Source of the DNA: an uncultured Acidobacteriaceae bacterium
Lineage (GTDB): Bacteria > Acidobacteriota > Terriglobia > Terriglobales > Acidobacteriaceae
Reading direction: 5' to 3'
Length of the DNA stretch: 64,000 nt
Assembly (NCBI GenBank): GCA_963819145.1
Contig: CAWFVB010000011.1
Coordinates: forward strand, 55,234-119,233
Each line of letters begins with the position of its first letter. The stretch's first letter is position 1. Positions 57,360-64,000 of this stretch are shown one piece after another. The position numbers and the translations under genes are program-made. The notes under the pieces were generated by a model, which saw only the letters and a list, made by a program, of their open reading frames with translations, had not been told where the DNA came from and ran no database searches.

Positions 57360-60300
57360 ATGCTCATGCGCTCATTCGAAGAGCGGCGCGCGAATCTTAC
57401 CAGTGGAATAAAAGAATCGAACATCCTGCGCTCGCTTCTGGTCTGCTTCCTGCTCTTTCAAACGACAATTTCGGCCTGGGCAGTCGATCCCGGGCGTCGT
57501 ATCTCTCAATACGCGCACACCTCCTGGAGCACTCAGGATGGTGTTTTTAGCGGATCTCCCATCGTCACGGCACAGACCCAGGATGGTTACCTTTGGATTG
57601 GGACGAACACAGGCTTGCTCCGATTCGATGGTGTGCACTTTGCGGTCTGGAGTCCGCCAGCCGGCCAAAAACTGCTCGACCCGCGAATCTTCTCCCTGCG
57701 GGGAACCCGTGACGGCAGCCTCTGGATCGGTACGGGATATAGCATTTCCCGTTGGAAAGATGGGCGGTTGACCAACTACCCGCAACTCAGCGGACGGACG
57801 GAAGCCATTGTAGAGGACTCAGAAGGCGCGGTATGGCTCGCCCGCAACCAGGTGACCGACGGAATGGGTCCGCTCTGCCGCATAAAAGACGAGCAATCAC
57901 ACTGCTTCGGAGCGGCGGACGGTATCCCGTTTCCCTTGGCCATCCACCTCGAAAAGAGCAATTCTGAAGATTTGTGGGTCGGCGGATATTCTGAACTCCG
58001 TCGCTGGAAGCCTGGATCCTCGACTGCTTACTTCACAGGAACCTCCCGGCGACCGGAAACATTTGCGACATTAAGGGCAATTGCCACGGGCGCAAATGGA
58101 GCGGTCTGGGCGGCGATTGAGCAATCCAACCTCGTGCTACAACTGAAGCACTTTGAGCACGAAACGTGGGCCACTCGCACTTTTCCAGAGATTGCTGTGA
58201 GCAACTCAGATGTCACCGCGTTATTTGTCGATCGCGACGATGCTCTCTGGATTGGTACGGCTCAACACGGACTCTTTCGCGTGCACGGCAATATTGTCGA
58301 TCATTTTGGGCGGGCTGACGGCCTGTCGGCTGACGCCATTGGAAATTTCTATCAAGACCGCGAAGGAACTATCTGGGTTGTAACCTCGGAGGGGCTCGAC
58401 AATTTCCGCGATCTGCAAGTGGCCAGCTATTCCATGCGCGAAGGGTTGTCCGCCGCTGGCGCCAGCTCGGTGCTGGCTGCGCGCGATGGCACGGTGTGGA
58501 TCGGCAATTTCCAAGCTCTGGACTTCCTGCGGGACGGAAACCTATCAGCAATTCGGACGGGGCATGGTCTGCCGGCGCTCACCGTCACAACGTTGTTTGA
58601 AGACCACGCTGGACGGCTTTGGGCGGGTTTGGGAACGGGGCTCTGGGTATATGAGGGCGGTGTATTTCGCGAAGTCCGGCACTCAGACGGGAGTTCCTTC
58701 GGCATAATCTTTGCCATCACCGAGGACACTCATCACAGCATTTGGGTTCGAGCAGGAACACATCTCGACCGAATCCACGATTTGGAGGTCCAGGAAGAAA
58801 CTGCTTCACCGCAAATCTCCACCGCGTACATATTGGCTGCCGATCCAACTGGCGGGATAGTTCTCGGCCTAGTGAATGGCGATTTGGTCCGGATCAAAGA
58901 CGGCAAATCGCAGACCATTACGTCCGGTGAAGTGGGAAACACGAGCCAAATCAGGGACCTTCAGGTGGAACCGGATGGATCGGTCTGGGGCACAACCGTG
59001 GAGGAAGTCGCTCGATGGAAAGATGGCGTGCGAAGAAATCTGACCACGCGCAACGGGCTGCCATGCGATGGGATATATGCCCTCGTCAGAGATCAACGGG
59101 ATTCGCTCTGGCTGTATTCGCGATGCGGCCTCGTCGAAATAGAAAAGACCCAGCTAGATTATTGGTGGGACCATCCGGATGGAGTTGTAAAAGTTGCTCT
59201 GTTTGACGCCTTCGACGGCGTGCAGCCAGGATTGACTCCCCTGAAGCCACAGGCCACGCGGTCGCCTGACGGGCGCCTGTGGTTTGTGAACGGCCATCTT
59301 CTGCAAGTGATGGACCCCAGTCATCTGCAAAGGAATGCCGTTTTGCCTCCGGTACATGTGGAAGAAGTCATTGCTGACCGAAGAGTCTATTCGCCGCGAG
59401 AAGGCCTGCGCTTGCCGCCTCTAACGCGAGATCTCGAGATTGAGTACACGGCGCTCAGTTTTGTGGCTTCACAAAAGGTGCGCTTTCGTTACAAACTCGA
59501 AGGCCGCGACGCGGCTTGGCAGGATCCTGGGACCAGGCGTCAAGCGTTCTACACTGACCTTCGACCGGGAACGTACCGGTTTCGCGTGATCGCCTCCAAC
59601 AATGACGGAGCCTGGAACGAAGCAGGGGCAACCCTGGATTTCACGGTCGCGCCAGCATTTTATCAGACCAACTGGTTCCGGATTCTGTGCGGCATTCTCG
59701 CGATTCTGGTGGTGTGCGGTATCTACCAGTTGCGAGTGCGCCACATTGCGAGCGTCATCAACGGCCGTTTTGATGAACGATTGGCCGAGCGCACACGCAT
59801 CGCACGCGATCTGCACGACACACTCCTGCAGACGATCCAAGGCAGCAAGTTGGTCGCCGACGATGCACTCAATGAGCCTTCTGACATCCCGCGCATGCGA
59901 CGCGCCCTGCAACAGCTATCCCTTTGGCTTGGGCAGGCGACACAGGAGGGCCGTCTCGCATTGAATTCCTTACGCACTTCTACGATCGAGAGGAACGATC
60001 TTGCGGAAGCGTTCCGGCGGGCGACGACGAACGGCCTCGTCCCAGATTCTATCGAGGTCGCTTTCTCCGTGGTCGGCGATCCAACGGAGATGCACCCCAT
60101 CGTACGGGATGAGGTCTTCCGCATTGGATATGAGGCGATCCGCAATGCCTACGCACACTCGCGGGCTAGCCGATTAGAAGTGGACCTTCGATACACCCAG
60201 GACCTTGTTGTACGGGTGTGCGACAACGGCATAGGCATCAACCCCGATGTCGCAGATAGGGGGAAGGCTGGGCATTTCGGGCTGCAGGGAATGCGGGAGC

Positions 60301-60488
60301 GCGCCGCTCGCATCGCGGGCAAACTTACGGTTGTAAGTTCGCCGAGTTCGGGCACGGAGATCAAGCTGGTTGTGCCCGGCGGTATCATCTATCGCAAGAA
60401 GCCTTTCGAGCGACTGGGCTTGCTTGCGAAAATCAAGGCGATCCTTGAGCGGATGGGCCTGAACAGATCAGAAGCAAGGGACGAGTGA
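57360..60488 (+). CDS. Sensor histidine kinase with a periplasmic two-component-regulator beta-propeller / Y_Y_Y domain, HisKA_3 and HATPase_c
   Basis: Signal/TM segment, repeated propeller blades (LWIGT, GLxRFDG, LWVG...), a TM helix (WFRILCGILAILVVCGIYQL), an H-box (RIARDLHDTLLQTI) and an ATPase domain (CDNGIGI, GLQGMRERA). Start ATG 57360 is preferred over the tracked 57321. Confidence 0.9.
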   Translation: MLMRSFEERRANLTSGIKESNILRSLLVCFLLFQTTISAWAVDPGRRISQYAHTSWSTQDGVFSGSPIVTAQTQDGYLWIGTNTGLLRFDGVHFAVWSPPAGQKLLDPRIFSLRGTRDGSLWIGTGYSISRWKDGRLTNYPQLSGRTEAIVEDSEGAVWLARNQVTDGMGPLCRIKDEQSHCFGAADGIPFPLAIHLEKSNSEDLWVGGYSELRRWKPGSSTAYFTGTSRRPETFATLRAIATGANGAVWAAIEQSNLVLQLKHFEHETWATRTFPEIAVSNSDVTALFVDRDDALWIGTAQHGLFRVHGNIVDHFGRADGLSADAIGNFYQDREGTIWVVTSEGLDNFRDLQVASYSMREGLSAAGASSVLAARDGTVWIGNFQALDFLRDGNLSAIRTGHGLPALTVTTLFEDHAGRLWAGLGTGLWVYEGGVFREVRHSDGSSFGIIFAITEDTHHSIWVRAGTHLDRIHDLEVQEETASPQISTAYILAADPTGGIVLGLVNGDLVRIKDGKSQTITSGEVGNTSQIRDLQVEPDGSVWGTTVEEVARWKDGVRRNLTTRNGLPCDGIYALVRDQRDSLWLYSRCGLVEIEKTQLDYWWDHPDGVVKVALFDAFDGVQPGLTPLKPQATRSPDGRLWFVNGHLLQVMDPSHLQRNAVLPPVHVEEVIADRRVYSPREGLRLPPLTRDLEIEYTALSFVASQKVRFRYKLEGRDAAWQDPGTRRQAFYTDLRPGTYRFRVIASNNDGAWNEAGATLDFTVAPAFYQTNWFRILCGILAILVVCGIYQLRVRHIASVINGRFDERLAERTRIARDLHDTLLQTIQGSKLVADDALNEPSDIPRMRRALQQLSLWLGQATQEGRLALNSLRTSTIERNDLAEAFRRATTNGLVPDSIEVAFSVVGDPTEMHPIVRDEVFRIGYEAIRNAYAHSRASRLEVDLRYTQDLVVRVCDNGIGINPDVADRGKAGHFGLQGMRERAARIAGKLTVVSSPSSGTEIKLVVPGGIIYRKKPFERLGLLAKIKAILERMGLNRSEARDE

Positions 60489-60522
60489 TTCTTCAATAAC
60501 CGAAGTCGTGATCGTACCTGCG

Positions 60523-61179
60523 CTAGGCAGCATATTGAAAAGGCCTGTTTCCGCTGCTCTTCCAGAAGTAGACGAGAATGATCACACTTGCAGCCGCCGC
60601 GTAGGCGCACCACAAGGAAGTGAAGGCGAATCGCTTAACGACCATGACCACCAGCAGTATCGCCAGATTTGCAACACCGAAGATCACCATGTCTTTGATC
60701 TTCGAGAACAAAAGCGTACCGCGCGTCGCTATCACATAAAAAACGGCAACGAAGGTACTGTTCGTGGCCTGATTGACGTACACGATACTGTTGCGTTCGA
60801 TAAAAATCTGGGTTGGGTAGGCAGTTAAGGCCCAGAGTATATAGAGAGCGGTCAGAGTTCCGATGATGAGAAAAGGCAGCATCCTTCTGCGGCTTTTTAC
60901 ATTCGGCTCGAACAGCACGACGCTGAGAGGCAGTAGAAACGGCAGGAGCCCCTGCGCATACAGCATGAATGCCGCGCCCATGTCGTGAGTGACCTTTGGT
61001 GACAGCATTCCGTCCAGCCCAAGCCATACGAAGCCCTCGATGAACTGGTGAATCGCAAACAGAGTTGGGAGAGATGCAAAGAGAAGCTCGCGCCGGTGTT
61101 TGACTCTGGTCAAAGTCACAACACCAACTGTCGCCAGGACTCCGCTGCCTGTGAAATTAGCTGCCGCTGAAAAACACAT
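60523..61179 (-). CDS. Hypothetical polytopic membrane protein (DUF6629-like, from memory)
   Basis: 218 aa with about 6 TM helices (FAIHQFIEGFVWLGLDG...). It looks somewhat less GC-rich than its neighbours by eye. Confidence 0.55.
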   Translation of the reverse strand: MCFSAAANFTGSGVLATVGVVTLTRVKHRRELLFASLPTLFAIHQFIEGFVWLGLDGMLSPKVTHDMGAAFMLYAQGLLPFLLPLSVVLFEPNVKSRRRMLPFLIIGTLTALYILWALTAYPTQIFIERNSIVYVNQATNSTFVAVFYVIATRGTLLFSKIKDMVIFGVANLAILLVVMVVKRFAFTSLWCAYAAAASVIILVYFWKSSGNRPFQYAA

Positions 61180-61267
61180 CTCTGGCCCCTAAATTCATTG
61201 TCTCGATTGCTCAACCGACAGAGAAGACGACCTCTTGGCTGATTTGCTACATGCGCGTCAGCCGGAT

Positions 61268-62078
61268 CTATGGCTTCACAGGCGAGGCCAGCGCTACCGC
61301 GGCCTCGGCGGTCAGCAACAGGAACGTGAACGTCTCTTGCAAGTACAGGTGCACGGCCGTGTCGCTGTGCTTCAAATAGCCGATGGAGACATCCTGGCCG
61401 ATATGCAGACCGAAATCGCCCCCTCGGGTGGTCACGACAAATGCGCCTTGGATGGCGGGCGCCCAGATGATCTTTCCGTCGACAAGCCGCTTCACGTGTT
61501 CCAGCACCGGATATCCTTGATCGCTAGTCTCGGCCAGCGCGGTATGGGCATCGGCTCCCAGGAGCACGGCGTAGGGGCCATTCACGCCAACGAGCCGCAA
61601 GCGGCTCAGTCCCTGTGCAATGACATCTGGGTACTTGCGGACGTCACTCGGGAGCGTCATCTTCGGATTGCTTGTCCCTTGACGGATCCCCATGATTCCA
61701 GCGGCTTCATAGCCTTCGAATATGGCGGCGTCCTCGGCGAAGGCAAGACTGCGCGCCGCATCCTTCGCCGGTTGCCAGTCTGAGTCGTTTGCGCCGCGTG
61801 CGACATCGTCGATCGCCTGGCGGTTCAGTTCAAAATGGAATACGCACCTCGACCAGCGCCTTGACCTCGCGCTGCCTGGCAACGATGCCTTCCCGCGGGG
61901 CCGAGATCGTCCGCAGATGTCCGGTCCCGACGGCGGAGAGGTCTAATCCCGCCGGCCCGTGCACGTCGACAACACGCCGCCCCGCAAGGTGGCGTTTGAG
62001 CGTGCGCGTCGTCTCCTGTTCGATCTGAGCCCACGCTACCTCAGAGATGGGGGCAAGCTCGCGATGCAGATTATTCAC
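61268..62078 (-). pseudogene. Family-1 encapsulin shell protein (linocin M18-like, HK97 fold), one frame break at a T4 run (plus-strand 61832-61835)
   Basis: ORF 61830..62078 (MNNLHRELAPISEVAWAQIEQETTRTLKRHLAGRRVVDVHGPAG...EVRIPF) joins ORF 61268..61882 (ELNRQAIDDVARGANDSDW...GGDFGLHIGQDVSIGYLKHSDTAVHLYLQETFTF). Length is 811 = 3n+1. Confidence 0.85.
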
Positions 62079-63165
62079 GGGGGATATCTCCTTTCAGTGA
62101 ACCGATTTCCAGCGACCCATCGTTCCCTCTAGGCACGGATGGCGCGGGCTCGAGTGAAGTCGAAACAGTGGAAGGCGCCGCGGTCGAGGCCGGATCCTCA
62201 GTTAAATCTTCCAGAAATGTGGCCGTGGGCACGAAGAACAGGTTTCCAGTGACAGCACGGCTGAAGTCGAGGAGCCGGTCATAGTTCCCGGGTGGACGGC
62301 CAACAAACATGTTCTCGAGCATTTGTTCGATCGTGCGGGGCGAACGGCTGTAGCCAATAAAATAAGTGCCAAATTCAGCAGAGCCAGGGCTTCCAAAGGG
62401 CATATTGTCGCGCAGGATCTTGATCTCTTTTCCGTCCTGGACGATCGTCGTCAGAGCGTTGTGCGCGCAGGTCGGCTTGATGGAATCGTCCAGTTCGATG
62501 TCAGACAGCTTAGTCCGGCCGATAATTCGTTCCTGTGCCTCAGTCGACAGGGCGTTCCAACCGTCAAGATCGTGAAGATATTTCTGCACGATGACATAGC
62601 TGCCCCCCGCGAAAGCAGCGTCCTCCTCGCCGATGAACACAGCCTCTGCCGCCGCATCGCCCCTCGGATTCTCCGTTCCGTCGACAAAACCGACGAGATC
62701 GCGATCGTCGAAGTAACGGAATCCGTGGACCTCATCCACCGGCGAAACTGCAGAGCCAATTCGCGCCATGATCTGAGTCGCCAGTTCAAAACATAAATCC
62801 ATGCGTTTGGCGCGGATATGAAACAGCAAATCACCCGGAGTCGAGACTGCGTGGCGCTCCCCGGCACGAATCTCGCGGAAGGGATGCAGGTGCGCGGGAC
62901 GGGGCGCATCAAAAAGCCTGGGCCATGCGTCCGCCCCAAACCCAACGACGCAGGAAAGACCGGCTTCAATGTCGCGAAATTCCACGGCGCGCAGCACTGC
63001 AGCGAGGTCTGCGCAGAACGAACGAATGATCGCGCGATTGTCGGAGCCCGGTTTTATGGTGACGACCAGAAAGATCGCGGCGCGGGTGAGTGGTGCGACC
63101 ACCGCCTGCGCAACGCTGCGCGTGCCCCCTGCGATCTCTCGTGTTCTGATCAGATCGGATTCCAT
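62071..63165 (-). CDS. Dye-decolorizing (DyP-type) peroxidase with a C-terminal encapsulin targeting peptide
   Basis: 364 aa. DyP GxxDG motif (LVGFVDGTENPRG) and a Pro/Ser-rich linker, then DGSLEIGSLKG, matching the encapsulin cargo-loading consensus. 8-nt overlap with the encapsulin gene. Confidence 0.9.
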   Translation of the reverse strand: MESDLIRTREIAGGTRSVAQAVVAPLTRAAIFLVVTIKPGSDNRAIIRSFCADLAAVLRAVEFRDIEAGLSCVVGFGADAWPRLFDAPRPAHLHPFREIRAGERHAVSTPGDLLFHIRAKRMDLCFELATQIMARIGSAVSPVDEVHGFRYFDDRDLVGFVDGTENPRGDAAAEAVFIGEEDAAFAGGSYVIVQKYLHDLDGWNALSTEAQERIIGRTKLSDIELDDSIKPTCAHNALTTIVQDGKEIKILRDNMPFGSPGSAEFGTYFIGYSRSPRTIEQMLENMFVGRPPGNYDRLLDFSRAVTGNLFFVPTATFLEDLTEDPASTAAPSTVSTSLEPAPSVPRGNDGSLEIGSLKGDIPRE

Positions 63166-63324
63166 TAGCCGTCATCTCATCGGGACTCACTGAGTCTCGC
63201 CCCTTGAGCCAGTGGACTCCGCTTGCGAACAATCCGAAAAGCTTACCATCGGCCCCCGATGAACGTCCATGTTGCCGAAGCACACGTCACCAGAAGCATT
63301 TGGCATGCACGAATTTAACAAGAA

Positions 63325-63342
63325 TGTGACAGTTCTGTGACA
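63325..63342. promoter_or_regulatory. Direct repeat TGTGACA-N4-TGTGACA (11-bp periodicity) in the DyP / wHTH divergent intergenic region
   Basis: Exact 7-mers at 63325-63331 and 63336-63342. Direct repeats one helical turn apart are the usual operator geometry for OmpR/PhoB-type winged-helix proteins, and one is encoded 60 nt downstream. Confidence 0.3.
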
Positions 63343-63401
63343 AGCCTCCAGGACCACCCGCCTAAGTTATGCGAAGACGTTGATTTCTTGACACGCTCGA
63401 C

Positions 63402-63767
63402 ATGACAAGCTTTCAAGTCAGCAAAATCAGCCAAGCTGCGCGGTTCGGCGAGATCTTCCTGGATTTCAGAAAGATGGAACTCTCACGCGCTGATCAGCCC
63501 GTTGCGTTGACTCTTCTGGAGTTCAAAGTCTTGAAGTTCCTGGTTTCCCGGCCGGAAATGGTCATTTCACGACAAAAATTGATCAGTGCAGTCTGGCCCA
63601 GAAGGAAGCGTTCCAGTCATCGCACCGTGGACAACTGCATCGCGAAACTTCGACGGAAGATAGAAAGCGATCCTGACTGCCCTGCGTTTCTCCAAACAGT
63701 TCACGGAGTCGGCTACAAGTTCGTGCCTAACGAGAGAACGACAACTCTTTCACTAGGGATTCGCTGA
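63402..63767 (+). CDS. Stand-alone OmpR/PhoB-type winged-helix DNA-binding protein (Trans_reg_C only, no receiver)
   Basis: 121 aa. FGEIFLDFRKMELSRADQPVALTLLEFKVLKFLVSRPEMVISRQKLISAVW...HRTVDNCIAKLRRKIE...LQTVHGVGYKF. Confidence 0.8.
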   Translation: MTSFQVSKISQAARFGEIFLDFRKMELSRADQPVALTLLEFKVLKFLVSRPEMVISRQKLISAVWPRRKRSSHRTVDNCIAKLRRKIESDPDCPAFLQTVHGVGYKFVPNERTTTLSLGIR

Positions 63768-63795
63768 ATAAAAAGGGGCGTTTAGGAGTTGTACA

Positions 63796-64000
63796 TGGGA
63801 ACGGCTACTCTGAAAAAGATCGGCATGCATTTGGTGGCCTTGGGGAGCATCTTGGCCATCGTACAACCGGCACTTGGGATTCCCGCTTTCGCCCGCAAGT
63901 ACGGCCTGCCGTGCTCCGCCTGTCACGAGGCCTGGCCGATGCTCAACAATTTTGGCCAGACGTTCAAGGACAACGGGTATCAACTAGGCAACGGTAGAGA
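63796..64000 (+). CDS. N-terminal part of a secreted protein with a CxxCH motif (runs off the window)
   Basis: My translation: MGTATLKKIGMHLVALGSILAIVQPALGIPAFARKYGLPCSACHEAWPMLNNFGQTFKDNGYQLGNGR... It has a signal peptide followed by CSACH. Confidence 0.5.

Noticed and set aside
63387-63392. TTGACA hexamer as the -35 element for the winged-helix gene.
   Set aside because: It is only 9 nt upstream of the ATG at 63402, so a -10 element would fall inside the coding region. The conserved Trans_reg_C sequence begins too early to move the start codon downstream.
1-64000. Searched for mobile elements, a prophage, a defence island or a CRISPR array.
   Set aside because: I found no transposase, integrase, recombinase, Cas, restriction-modification or toxin-antitoxin signatures. 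I saw no regularly spaced repeats, and no abrupt compositional change beyond a few mildly AT-richer genes (by eye).

Overview
GC-rich, gene-dense bacterial chromosomal segment. The gene content suggests Acidobacteriota, but that is inference only: a giant CarboxypepD_reg/TonB-type outer-membrane protein, egtB/egtD, a beta-propeller sensor kinase, and many ATGA/GTGA-coupled operons. I can support about 53 protein-coding genes. I saw no rRNA, tRNA, CRISPR array, transposase or integrase. Main blocks: (1) 1-3780, minus-strand fatty-acyl reductase operon: HAD-like/FAR fusion, second reductase, pyruvyl-transferase-like gene. (2) 3934-8254, MBL hydrolase, gntK, MFS sugar-acid transporter and galT. 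(3) 8329-16482, plus-strand tricarboxylate cluster: HD protein, PrpD-like dehydratase, fused Lys4-type homoaconitase-like hydratase, isocitrate/isopropylmalate-family dehydrogenase, CitD-CitE fusion, CitF. (4) 16637-26855, M28 peptidase, orphan LytTR protein, MocR regulator, a thiol-redox trio, treS, a glycosyltransferase and a TM-helix protein. (5) 26918-35490, six translationally coupled minus-strand genes: UbiA prenyltransferase, rifampicin-phosphotransferase-like PEP-utilising enzyme, BtaA-like DUF3419, polyprenol-kinase-like CTP-transferase membrane protein, tandem GNAT, adenylating enzyme. I know of no characterised counterpart for this set, and it is my best candidate for an undescribed lipid/isoprenoid pathway. 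(6) 35926-38983, cNMP-sensor kinase plus REC/TrxR-like fusion. (7) 39763-44559, egtD and egtB plus an OpuB/ProU-type ABC transporter. (8) 44626-50013, charged bipartite protein, DUF5996 plus MFS-ABM, and a LytTR regulator with a DUF1272-LytS kinase. (9) 50211-60488, giant TonB-type OMP, ECF sigma factor and a NarL-type two-component system. (10) 61268-63165, DyP peroxidase plus family-1 encapsulin. At least 14 genes carry frame disruptions. Nearly all that I traced are single-base insertions with conserved sequence continuing in the shifted frame. I read them as probable consensus errors rather than decay, but as the sequence stands these genes are broken and I label them pseudogenes.
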